Shown piece by piece: positions 24,501 through 33,949 of a DNA stretch of 33,950 bases. Under the pieces are notes generated by a model, which did no database searches, had not been told where the DNA came from, and saw nothing but the letters and a program-made list of their open reading frames with translations. The number at the start of each line of letters is the position of its first letter. The first letter of the stretch is position 1. The DNA is taken from positions 1 through 33,950 of the forward strand of contig JBDRKX010000049.1 in the NCBI GenBank assembly GCA_043813605.1, given 5' to 3'. This DNA comes from Elusimicrobiota bacterium. Its GTDB lineage: Bacteria > CG03 > SLGR01 > JBDRKX01. A program made the translations under genes and the position numbers.

Positions 24501-27500
24501 CTTCTCTTTACATTGAAATCCACCAGTTTTTGCGCGATTTCACTGACTTTTTCTTCATCACCGCTTAAGAGCATCTCGACCGCTTCACTCGCATGAGCTA
24601 TCCTGCCGGAAGCGTTCAGCATAGGCGCAAGATAATAGGATATCTTACCTGTTGTGATATCTTTCATTCCCGCAGTCTCCATAAGTCTGGCTATGCCCGG
24701 TGTAACATTATCGGAATTAATGACCTTAAGACCTTTTTCAACAAGTATCCTGTTGTCACCTTTAAGGAGCATGATGTCAGCTACCGCTGAGAAGGTGAAA
24801 AGGTCCAGGAGGTAATCTGCGTCTCTTTCAATACCGAATTCGTCCAAGAGCGACTGCGAAAGTTTATATGCTACGCCGCCGCCGGCAATATGTTTTGCCG
24901 GATGATTCGTATCTTCCAGAAGAAGCGGATGAACCATAGGAATATCATCAGGTTTAGAGAACACTTCATCTGTTATAACAACCGGTTCGCTGTATTCAGC
25001 CAGTACTTTTTCCTGGAAATCCCTGAAGAGTTTTGCAAATTTCGGATCAATTTCTTTAGACAACCGGTCTTTTGCAATATGTGCCAGCATCTCGTATTTA
25101 TCGCTCCCTATCTTCTCTATAAGATCCTTTCTGTTAGCGCGGATATACTCGGAGAACTTATCATCATTGAACATGATGCTCCTGGATTCAAAATCTATCC
25201 GTATCCAATGCTCTATGGTCTCAGGGAATGTCTCATTTGTAGCAGAAATTATATTTTTCATGACATTGCCGTCATCTACATCGACCACATCGACAGAGAT
25301 ATCTATACCAGCTTCCTTGAATACATACATCACAGATCCCCACTCCTTAAAATCCACAATCGTCTCTCCAGAAGGTTGAGTCGGATCAGGATAACGCCAC
25401 GGTATCTCTCGCCCTTCGTAATATACGTAGAAATACCCGGCTTCACTTAAACCCGCAGGAGGGTTCACATGCCTGTTATTGTATTCTCCGGATGCCCTGA
25501 AATATTCATCCAGCAGATACGACGCCAGGTGGGAATAGAAGGCTATCTGGCCCATGTCCGTCTTCCATAAACGGACCATCATTTCTTTGAGCGCTACTTT
25601 TTTCAGTTCATTAAATCTTTCTTTGATCGTCTTTGGATAAACCGGCAGACTATCCATATCAAGAAGACCATGTTTATCCCTATACTCTGATAATAAAGCA
25701 TCCTTTGAAGCCATTTCTTTCTTGAGGTGCCTTGCTGTATAGATATCGCCGGAACGCGGCAGGTCATCTTCTTTTTCAGGCAGGGCGTGATGGTCGGTAA
25801 TAATCACTTTCATCCCGAGGCTCATGGCATACTCGGCCTCTTTTTTGCTCCTGACTCCGTTATCGACCGTTATCAGAAGATCACACCCTTCAGCGGCCAC
25901 CTTATCCACGCCTTCCATCTTCATACCGTAACCTTCGGTGAACCTGTCCGGTATATGGTAACCTATGTATTTACCGTAATCTGATTCCGGTATACCCTCT
26001 TTTTCCAGTATCCTGTGAATAGTTTTTATCATGATAGTAGTCGCCATTATGCCGTCGACATCATAATCACCGAATATGACTATCTTTTTCCTGTTTCGTA
26101 TCGCTTCTTTTATCATTGAAGTCGCTTTCTGCATATCAGGCAATTCGTTATAATGAGACGCCTCAAGAGTCTTTCCGGCATTCATGAATTTTTCAGCCAT
26201 ATCTACTGTTGTTATCTTTCTTGCTGCAAGAAGACCGGCAATCACCGAATATATCCTGTCCTGGCTGTACGCTTTCTTCCCGAGTTTCTTTATTGTTTTC
26301 TCAAAAGCCGCCGCATCGGCTGTTTTCACGGCATTGAATATTATCTTCTTATCTTCCTGCTTGAACCGGGAGAATAATTCAACTGCTTCTTTTCCTGAAT
26401 AGAATCCATAATCGAGCAGTATCCTGCCGATATCCGGGTTTATCAAAATTATCTGTTTATCAGGAGCCAGCCGTTCGTTCAGCACATCACTTAATTCCCT
26501 GGATATTATCCTCGGATATACCGAATCCTTCAGGTGTGAAGCTATCTCTCTTACATTGGACCTGTCGGCTTCTTTCTGCTTCCATACCCTCTGAGTAGGT
26601 TTTTTAGGCGCTATTTCTTTTATTGCTACTGTTTTTGGAGCTGCAAGTTCTATAATATAAACCGGATATGTTATATGGGAAACTGTTGCCCCTTTACCTT
26701 TTTCGAATTTCGGATAACTCTTATAAATACTGCCGAAATTTCTTATAACTTCATTGAATTCCGAAAAAGACTGGGATTCATCATAACCCACATTGACACC
26801 ACTCGCTATTATGTACTGAAGCTTCGGGTATTCCCTCATCAATGTATCTATAGAATCTACGAAATTATATTCAGGAAGGTTCACAACTAATACATCTACA
26901 TCCAAGTCATTCGGCAGATCCATAAAATTACTTCTTATGAATTCAATATTTTTGGCATTGTTTCTGCCGGCAATATCTTTTGATAATTCAAGTATTTCCT
27001 TATCACTATCGACAGCATACACTTTTTTAGCACCCAGCTTGCTCGCAACAATAGAAAGTATCCCGCTTCCGCTACCCGCATCCATAACGCTCTTGCCACT
27101 GAATCCTATTTGACCGGCAAAATCCTGCATTGCCTGGACAACTCCTTTTGTCGTCTTGTGCAGGAATTCGTTTTCCTCTAACTGCCCGTATTGACTCCTG
27201 AACCAGTCATAATAAGGTGTCCCCTCCACTAATCCCGGAAGTATAACCGTATTATTATCTGTCTCACCTTTTTCCAGGAAATACATATTGCCGATTTTTC
27301 TATCCAAAGCAGCGGATACTTCTTCATCTTTTTCTGTAACAGCTATCTCAGGTAGAAGTGAATTTACAAGTTCTATAAGTTCTGTCTGGCCGGGTCTTTT
27401 TAGAACCTCTATGTGAGCTTTGTCGAATGGTATTCCCTGTTTAATGAGGTCCTGGATGGCGAGTTCACGCTCAACGAGAGCGCGGATAAGGTCAGTATCG

Positions 27501-30500
27501 GGCTTGTTCCCATGGTGATCGTACAGGACTTCTAAAAGCTTTTCATGTATATCGAGTACGGCTTTACCCTTTTCTACTTTAAGCCTCGCCAGCATATACA
27601 TATCAGGGCCCCTGATAAAGACATTCTCTTTATCACGAATTGCCCTTATAAATAGCTGCCTGCCGCCTATAATTTCATTAAACATATTATCGGCTTTTAT
27701 TAATTCTCTCGTTTTATTGATCACGGCTCTTTGATACGGTTTCTGATCGTTATTCTTTATGACCATCTTCTGTGTAAACACATCATAAATGACATCCAGC
27801 ACCGGCACTAATTTTTGAGCTTCCGATTCCGCAAGCTCAACTGATCCCTCTGTGAGCACTTCCAGCATGTTTTTGACTTCATACTGGTTATAGTCCAGCC
27901 CTTTCTGTTTGAGTTTACCGGAAATATATTTTCCGTACGGCACAGGAAACTCAAATGTCTTCTCTGCAAGGTATTTAACCCAGACAGCGATCTTACCGGC
28001 ATGCAACGCGCTTACTTTTTGATCAATTAATGCAGCATCATCTACATTGACCAGTTCTCTGGCACTTTCATATATCCTTTCCAGCTCTTTCAATACTTCA
28101 GGTTTCAGCTCGCCGTGTTCTTTAAAAATGTAATAAGTGAACCTGAAAGACCTTCTTGCGGCAAGCTTTGTGAGTTCATCTTTGCTGTAAAGTTCTTTTT
28201 CAAGTTCTTTCAGAGCCTGGATATCCAGTTTTTTAGCTTTCATCAGCTTGATATATTTCATACCTATCTCTTCACTTAAGGCGATGATATCATCCTGATC
28301 TATCCCAGGTTTTTCTAATTTTTCAGCCGGTTCCGGTTTAATTGTTCCGTCGGCAATGAGATCTTTTTGCCAGACTTTAACAATTTCACTGTCTATCTGG
28401 GAAATCTTCCTGACTACAGGTTCCCAGTCATTGACATGTTCCTGTCTTAAACCGTCAAAGACCCATTCGAACGCCCGGGCGTTGATATCGGGAAGAAGCC
28501 TCACATCTATACCGGCTTCATATACAGCCATCACCAGTTCTACTGCAAGATCCTGGCTTACGCGTTCAGCCAGAAGATGCCTGTCAAGCAGCCTGTCATA
28601 TGACCTTTTTTCGAAATTATATATCTCATACGGCTTAGTCCAGTATTCGTAAGATGTCATCATTTTATCTTTCAGCACGATCTCATCTTCTACAGACAGC
28701 ATGAAAATACCTATAAGGTTGTTTATCTCTTCATCGGAAGTTTTCCGATAGAGCCGCATGGCCTCTCTTTGAAATTTTATAACATCATCATCATCTGCTT
28801 GCAGATCACTATCCGCATAATGGAACCTTCCCAGCGCGTATATCTCGGACGGAGTCATTATCTCGTTTATGACTTTTTCTGTCTCTCCTTTTTTTAGATA
28901 ATATTTTGCCTCGGGATACCGGGTACTGCCGAGCAGTTTTTCCAGTGTTATCAGTATCCGGCTATCAAGCTCCGGCTGTTTTACCAGGGTTCTTCCCAGC
29001 CTGTAACAGGAAACGGCAAAGGCCGCGGCTTCAGGAGCATTCAACATCCTGGCCGCGCGTCTCGTACTTAATACTCCGAAACGGTCATGAAATTCGGTAT
29101 TCTTGATAAACGGGTGCTGGATCCTGTCATACAATCTTTCTACTGAATCTTTTGCATTTGCCCGATCCAGAAGACCGACCACTTTGGAGAGCAGTTTGAC
29201 CAGGAATTCTTCCCTCTTGCCTGAAATCAGTTTTTCCATAAGAACGCCTATTTTTATCTTGACCGCAACATACAGGAGCACAGCTAATACTGGTTTTGTC
29301 ACTGCCCATACTTTCAGTGTTACCCATTTCGCCGATGTGATCATCCTTATCATTGTCCGCATTACAAACCGCCGTCTTGGACTTACGACTGTTCCTATCC
29401 AGTGTGATATTTCAGCATCCACAGCAAACAGGCTGCTCTCTATATGGGTGTCTCCGGCCAGTTTTGTTGTCAAAATATCGGCTCCTGATCTTCCTTCTTT
29501 CGGCTCCACTATATCGATAAAATAATTCTTGCGCCAACTGAATATATGTCTTTGATGCATGGCTTTGGGAAGTTCATTTATAATATTCATTGAGAACCTT
29601 CTCAGGTTAACAGCATAAACGAGACCGATAAGAAAATCCGAAGGATCTTCAGTATCTACTTTCTGCAGGATCATTATCTTTTTTATCTTATTGACTATGC
29701 CCGGGCCGTTATACTGCGGGCTCATCTTTCCCCAGCCGATCAGACCCTTTATAAGTATCTCCTGCCAGTTTTCATCAACAAGGCCCGCATTCTCAGCTAT
29801 CGTTCCCGCAAGGTCCGTTTTCATCCAATCTATATAACTAGGTTCTTCCCATGTATCGGCGAGGCTCCGAAACAGTTTATCTGTGTCTACCGACGAGAGT
29901 ACGCCGTTCTTTACGAGTTCAATGATAAAATATGTTCCCAGCTGAAGATATTTTTTATCTATATCGTCTCCCTCGTTATTACCATCCGTATGCGCCAGCC
30001 TGCCGAATAGTTCTTTGGCAGTTTCCGGATCTTCAAAAACAATATTATCAAGTATGGATTTATCTACAATTCTTGTATTAAATTTCCTGACCGTCTCCCA
30101 TATATAGATGATAGTTTCAGTATTCACTATGCCGCGTGATCTTTTGATCCAGCCTGCTATATCAAGAAACGTGTGTGAGACCGGCACAGTGATATCTTCT
30201 ATATTACCTTCGTAATTCTTTACAGCATCAAGCACTATTTTTGTTGTCTTCCTGATATCTTCCGGCGCTATACGTTTATCATAGGCTGCTGTTATTTTCA
30301 TTAGATTGGGAGCGACATCATAAAACGATTTAGCCAGTTGCTCAACAGCCTGTTTTCTGAAATCCCCGCCGTCTTTCACTTTAAAATAGAACTCTTCTAT
30401 GCCCTTTTCCATGTCATATAACGCTACTATCACTCCCCGGAACTCATCCATTTTTTCAGGTGATGCTCCTGTTTTCTCCATCCGGCTCAGTTTCCTGTAT

Positions 30501-33500
30501 ACAGCTTCGCGCCATACATCATCGTCCATATCTTTTATTCTTTCGCGGAATTCTTTATCGCTATAGACCGGGAACTCATTTATAAATGTGTGAATTTCAA
30601 TAAACCTGGGTCTCTTTAATATATGAGATGCGATCCTTTTTGCCATTTCCGGATCCGTCTCATTGAGCTCATCAAGGAACGCTTCAACTTTGGCTCCCCA
30701 TAACCCGTATAACCTGTTTGCAAAATCTTCTGAACCGTATTTCTTTTCGTATAATGCTCTTATCTCTTCTCCATCCGATATCTTTCTCTTAAAATAATAC
30801 GGCCATGGCAGAATATTGACTTCTTTTTCCAGTTCTTCAAGATATTTTTCGCGAAACCCGGATACATCTTCTATCGTGGATATATCTTCTTCATCAAGTA
30901 CGACCCTGTTAGCCATTCCGTTTAATGTATCCAGTATTACCGAACCTATCTGGCTGATAAATTTCTGAGAGTATTTTCCTTCTGACAACAGTTTAGTTAG
31001 TAATACTTCTTCCGGTTTACCGACCCTCTTGTACACGTTCTTAGCAAAAAGGACCTCATATTCCTTCTTAAAGCTTTCATTTATCTTTTTTATTTCTTCC
31101 TGGTAATTCCCCAGCACATAATACGGCATGCTCTGAAGTTGAGCAAAATATTCCGGCAGGTCTTGTATTGATTTGATTATTCCCAGCCAACCACCGGTAC
31201 GCAAGATCCTTTTAAGGTTGTCTCCTTCTGCTGAAATACCGAATATCTCCGGTAAGAGAAGCCCTTTACCTGCTTTTTCTGTATCTTCCATGATTTTTTG
31301 TAATTCGCCTGTCATAGCCATAAATCCGGGACCCTGTCGGTAATCCGCGAGTTGTGCCATTTTCACCATAATTTTTACAAGTTCAGGAAGAGCCTGCGGA
31401 TTAATCTCTTTCACCTGTTTTATACGGGCTGTCAAACCCCGCAACATACCTCCCCGGATACTCTCTTTATCGTAAATATAGCTCAGTCTTTCACCGGTAA
31501 TAAATTCCGCAACCTGTTCCCACACTCCGGCTGTTTGTGTCTCTGAAATCAGTTCGCCGAGGTCTTCGATATTGCTGGTCATCTTAAGTATGTTCCTGTT
31601 TGCATCAAGAAATTCGATCGCTGTTTTCAGGGTTCCGTATTTATCCGCTTTAACAACGAACTCGATCCAGCTTCTTAACGGGTTATAGTATCTGTACGTT
31701 TCATTGAACTTTTTCGTGAACTCACTGTATATCGAAGGTATCCTCTGTTTCAGGTTGTCGGGGATCTTCCTGTACGCGTAGTTATCATTAACAGCTTTAT
31801 TGTTGATATATCTGCGCAGTACTTTTTGAAGAATATTCTTCTTGCCGAAGATCTCCCTCTGGAGCCCTTTATAGACTTCCCGGAGTTCCCCGTACTCTTT
31901 TTCCCCGTATGCGGCGGCATAGCCCATATTAAAGAGCAGTTCATCAAGACGGGCCGCCAGTTTTTTGTCAGTAAAGAAATCATTTGAAAGGAATACCCTG
32001 TCGTTATAGGCAAAGGCGATAAGATAATCTTCGTCTTCCTTCACTATCGCATCGAAAGCCGCTATATCTCCGCGGGCAAAATACTGTTTCAGTGTTCTCA
32101 GTATCCTGCGTTTCATTATAGCATCACCGCCGGGGCGGGCTATTTTCTGTTCGACCCTGGCAAGATGCTTTTCAATAAGTCCGTTCCGGACCACTGTCAG
32201 AACCAGAGGTTCTATATCCTTTATGTGCTCGAGCGAACTTCCCCGCCCTATTGCTCCCCTGGCCTTCACATACTGTCTCACTTCGACCGGTTGTTCTTCT
32301 TCTATCTGTTCCGACATGCCCGGAACAGTTGTTCCGCCCAGTGTTTCTACCGTTTCTAAAACAAGGCTTTGCAGTTCTTTCGGAAACATCACAAAATTTT
32401 CACGGTCTTCCATAAACAGTCTTGCCACTGCCTCTGCGAATAGCTCCTCCCTGTCTTTCATCTTTGTCATAGCAGCCGATTCTATCAGATCGATCTCTTC
32501 CCGGGTCATCGCCTCGAAAATCGCGCTGATCTCTTTTATTGTCTTACCTGTAAGTTTGATATTGAAAATAATATGGCCGAGTTCATGGAATACGGTCTTG
32601 GGTAAAGCTGTCTCGGTATTGATGTAGATCGAAGCCCTGCCTTTTCTCTTAGCGTCAGTCCATATGCCCCGGACATTATCATATTTGCCCGGTTCATATT
32701 TCGGATGCTGGCGGATATCGTATATCCCATCGACTATCTCCGCTATCCGGCCGGTCTTCAGTAGCGCTTCGTGTAGATTTTTAAGTTCATCTTCGGTTCT
32801 TTCCTTCATAAGAGGTTCCAACTGGTGCCACAGTCCATCCGGCATCATACGCGGTTTTCTTAAACCGAGGACCATATCCTTCGCCCTTACGGCAAGCCTG
32901 ATAAAAGCGCTGTAAAACCTGTCCGGTTTCGATTCCCCGTCAAGCAGTACATTATCAAGAAGGAAACTCAGTATATCCGCGTCTTCATGCGAAAGATGCG
33001 ATATATGGTCTTTTACTTTATGTATTGTCTCGTCATCAAGACTTATATATATTTGTGTTTCGAGAAGAATATGCATAAACTCGTTCTTAAGTTCTTTCAT
33101 GCGTTTATTGTCCAGTACTCCTATTGCTATACGCATACGCATCTGAAGGTTCTTCATCTTATGCACTGAATATCTTTGCGATGCCTCTATGATCCGGGTC
33201 TTGAATTCATCTATCGTGAAAGCCGGGTTCTTTTTTGACCATTTTTTGAATTCCGCTACAATTTTTTCCGGCTTGGAACCGGCCAATCGTTTTGCAGGTT
33301 TATAGAAGAAAATAAATATGGGAACAGTCAGCCAGTGCCAGCAGGTCGCCCATGCGATTTTGGTATATACCGCCCCGAGCCCTATGATTATGGGGTCGCT
33401 CTTTATGTAACCGTAAAGGATTACAGCAAGAGGCATCGCCACATCTTCTATCAGTTCCCATACGAGCGCGAATATAATAAACGCTTTTCCGTATTCAGGC

Positions 33501-33949
33501 GCATACTGAAGAGAATGCTCCCACGCATGCATAACAGAATGTTTTACTGAATGTTTAAGCCTGTCAGGCAGCCCGGCAGGCCTGAAATACATAACAAAGT
33601 TTCTTAACTTATTAACGAGTCCGGCAGTCTCTACATGTCCGCAACTGTCATCGCAGATATGTCCCGGATGATGATGGTGGTGATGTGATTCTTGATGATG
33701 ATCGTGTTCTGTTTCAGCTTTAACGATCTCTTTGATAATTTCCGGCGGTGAACGTTCTCTCAGTTTTGAGGCAGCGGCTTTATCGGTAAACACTTTTACC
33801 CTGGCATGGTATTTAAGGAATGATACAGGCACACGCGGCATAGCGGATCCGTCAATATAATCAGCCAGGGATGAACTATTGTTTTCGCCGCTGGCCAGAA
33901 GCACGACTTCACCGGAATCCAGTATTGTATCTATACCCATACTAACAGC
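2..33949 (-). CDS. Giant multidomain protein (>=11,316 aa), partial at both ends
   Basis: All recognisable motifs (AAA+ Walker A at ~452, HELTH at 9338, RecJ GDYDVDG at ~26051, HELGH at 32573, NagB tail at 33947) share one minus frame, with codons starting at plus positions = 2 mod 3. An ATG at 33938-33940 is in this frame, yet the ORF track lists no minus ORF in it, implying no stop in the window. Many hand-translated stretches had no stop; not every codon was checked. Confidence 0.95.
782..2452 (-). repeat. Domain: HEAT-like helical protein repeats (~40 aa units)
   Basis: Recurring units such as LKDTDWFVRNAAIKALSRVF, LLDNNKYIREVAVISLSKIY, SDNLFIRDAAVKAMGKVY, LGDEDEEVQENAREAMERIY. Confidence 0.85.
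3011..3433 (-). other. TM module D: divergent ~4-TM membrane module homologous to modules A-C
   Basis: VLATLETIGFGG...FSFVAHPRVYRSIQSLPKEAGWKDRAALSILG...YVHNLYNILASKFGWPLG keeps the E, H, P-x-EA-xx-DR, HxxYN and PL motif order of modules A-C. Confidence 0.7.
3482..3736 (-). other. Domain: HPr-like PTS phosphocarrier
   Basis: IIIKDLLGWHARPSEKLAEI matches the HPr G(L/I)HARPA His15 motif; followed by SDMSDIMEFGVRRGHRLKLEI; ~85 aa. Confidence 0.8.
3782..4156 (-). other. Domain: conserved hypothetical, DUF1285-like
   Basis: IPKENAVFWMDANGNWNNEHGVFEKGTISNYFHKSI...EKVYFNYVDTPLFV...LNTGE; the D-x-P-L-F-V and LNTG pattern is recalled from DUF1285-type proteins. Confidence 0.55.
4652..5062 (-). other. 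Domain: Pol-beta-superfamily nucleotidyltransferase-like
   Basis: ILSISVYSSVLNPDVKPEDIDVIIVV (hG[GS]...DxD motif with GS replaced by SS) and a third Asp in KVDCFIVG. Confidence 0.65.
5261..5950 (-). other. Domain: DUF3793-like
   Basis: VIGGGKPSIT near the start and EGFFGILLGYPAEDAAKYF, similar to the recalled DUF3793 G-x-FLGYP-x-ED motif. Confidence 0.5.
6182..7801 (-). other. Domain: unknown, with ELAGDIGDACY / ILRAINP / SNR / FNN motifs
   Basis: Globular alpha/beta C-terminal part GELAGDIGDACYT...FAGTMLILE...VWILRAINPRE...GAVSNR...ENFNNREI after a helical region; no function assignable by eye. Confidence 0.4.
8210..8701 (-). repeat. About four ~41-aa helical protein repeats
   Basis: SLEELVDAVNDKGLPSNLIAANLIKKIAV / TLRKTASAVKDEGLDAVIIDKDILDAIAV / LLELARAVKDKGYDKSILDKKLLLTIAV / SLKDLAKTIRDKRLGYGLLIPEYLVSLAV. 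Confidence 0.75.
8900..9601 (-). other. Domain: zincin (gluzincin-like) metallopeptidase
   Basis: ANMHELTHKFI (HExxH at 9338-9352) followed ~20 aa later by AIHEFIADL, a candidate third-ligand Glu. Confidence 0.65.
10442..10951 (-). other. Domain: GNAT acetyltransferase
   Basis: YFAKYNGKVVGYVIG and motif A YVELMAVHPDFEGQGVAAIL, then EEARRLGYSYVTAH. Confidence 0.88.
11141..12502 (-). repeat. Unknown domain X, copy 2 (paralogue of 28340-30052)
   Basis: DDPADFLLGLVYALNLR; MTPSEVYKIG; HMIAERISQD...ILPYINGKADEWI...NEWESV align with copy 1. Confidence 0.85.
17192..17819 (-). repeat. TM module C (DNA repeat of A and B)
   Basis: Offset 5970 nt from A with near identity (shadow ORFs 17397..17627 and 23367..23597 differ by 1 aa); its C-terminal tail matches B. 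Protein: HPQLMVRDIRLSETAPQQVLPLGVTPG...AVESLFFQG...AFGH...FHVGYNELADYINKRIREKLLPLASL. Confidence 0.95.
17951..18472 (-). other. Domain: protein-kinase-like (Ser/Thr, RIO/Kdo-like)
   Basis: Gly loop LIGAGNSNFVY, WVIRVSK, helix-C DYEL, hinge ITEMVDGDSL, catalytic loop VEDFKLGNIVV, Mg-binding YIVD. Confidence 0.8.
18920..19621 (-). other. Domain: HipA/PI3K-PI4K-like atypical kinase
   Basis: HFVKRK (Lys), NDYRIELLAYLIG (Glu helix), VFNAFIGRFDHFNKN (catalytic D...N), VIFDYDLSF (IDxxxxF-type motif). Confidence 0.7.
19790..20452 (-). other. Domain: divergent class I SAM-dependent methyltransferase-like
   Basis: IGIYGGSGVDIS (motif I-like), SYFID, IDFYYQKAG, FMKPGGYVITDD. Confidence 0.55.
20471..21072 (-). 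repeat. TM module B (DNA repeat of A and C)
   Basis: IRLSEKAPQQVLPLGVTPGFQKLAKKFPRLAAALE...GLGHHKVLFDKRGPPEQASFRD...FHVGYNDLADYINKRIRKKILPIASL; a 47-nt core at 20682-20728 is identical to 17400-17446 and 23370-23416. Confidence 0.93.
21182..23128 (-). other. AT-rich cargo domain; putative His/Cys peptidase (caspase-haemoglobinase-like fold)
   Basis: NLNRLHD, VIHTRHHSY, AQGTQNN, DWTWRDI, YVFP, LLFPGGCGGF; resembles a recalled hypothetical family with HRGHSY and GSCGG motifs. Confidence 0.45.
23129..23221 (-). other. Internal twin-arginine (Tat) signal-peptide-like segment
   Basis: MRRSISRREFMGLMTTLGLGIFLGFPRMVKA|QPD: S-R-R-x-F motif, hydrophobic region, and V-x-A cleavage-like site. Confidence 0.7.
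23276..23789 (-). repeat. TM module A (DNA repeat of B and C), directly fused to the RecJ C-terminus
   Basis: EYPQLMVRDIRLSETAPQQVLPLGITPG...ALESLFFQG...IAAFGHGKVLFDKRGSPEEASLRDR...ILFHIGYNDLADYINKG...FLPLAM. Confidence 0.95.
23756..26593 (-). other. recJ: Domain: full-length RecJ ssDNA 5'-3' exonuclease (DHH/DHHA1/OB) embedded in the giant ORF
   Basis: IVIFGDYDVDG, IPDRFTEGYG, LLITVDNG, IITDHH, IAGGGVAYKL, AVADIMLLKGDNR, LAPMLNASGR, EGVIGIVASRI, KGSLR, YGGHDAAGG, LEPFGAGN, FNGREYPQLMVRDI. Confidence 0.95.
26651..27262 (-). other. Domain: PrmA-like class I SAM methyltransferase
   Basis: LHKTTKGVVQAM...GKSVMDAGSGSGILSIVASKLGAKKVYAVDSD...VDVLVVNLP...IIASG. Confidence 0.88.
28340..30052 (-). 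repeat. Unknown domain X, copy 1 (paralogue of 11141-12502)
   Basis: EDPSDFLIGLVYAVNLR; MTPSEIYALG; HLLAERVSQD...LLPDINARAFEWV...NDWEPV. Confidence 0.85.
32381..32761 (-). other. Domain: zincin metallopeptidase (HExxH...EExFAE)
   Basis: VRGIW...SIYIN...TVFHELGHIIF (32573-32587) followed by DREELFAEAVARLF. Confidence 0.82.
33299..33490 (-). other. Hydrophobic 2-3 TM segment
   Basis: GKAFIIFALVWELIEDVAMPLAVILYGYIKSDPIIIGLGAVYTKIAWATCWHWLTVPIFIFFYK. Confidence 0.7.
33635..33712 (-). other. His/Cys-rich linker
   Basis: EHDHHQESHHHHHHPGHICDDSCGH. Confidence 0.9.
33761..33949 (-). other. nagB: Domain: C-terminal part of a glucosamine-6-phosphate deaminase (NagB)-like domain
   Basis: AVSMGIDTILDSGEVVLLASGENNS...VPVSFLKYHARVKVFTDKAAASKL matches the NagB C-terminus pattern (TMGIGTI...LLASG...PAS.LQ.H...D..AAS.L). 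Confidence 0.8.

Noticed and set aside
24941..25756. Intein or intron in RecJ
   Set aside because: No splice-junction residues or LAGLIDADG/HNH motifs seen; frame is continuous.
27380..27660. Possible degenerate metallopeptidase (LDIHEKLLE...LVERELA...KAHIEV)
   Set aside because: No valid metal-binding motif; cannot be supported by eye.
31790..32110. Possible degenerate zincin-like domain (FDAIVKEDEDYLIAFAY...DELLFNMGY)
   Set aside because: HExxH is absent; resemblance is only an impression and needs a profile search.
17866..32730. Six short minus-strand ORFs in the track
   Set aside because: All are out of frame with, and nested within, the motif-bearing giant frame.
33665..33690. Engineered His6 tag or vector contamination
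   Set aside because: Embedded in a longer natural His/Cys-rich linker with mixed codons and no vector sequence.
33938..33940. ATG as the start of the giant gene
   Set aside because: It lies inside the NagB-like SMGI motif and the frame stays open to the window edge, so the start is upstream.
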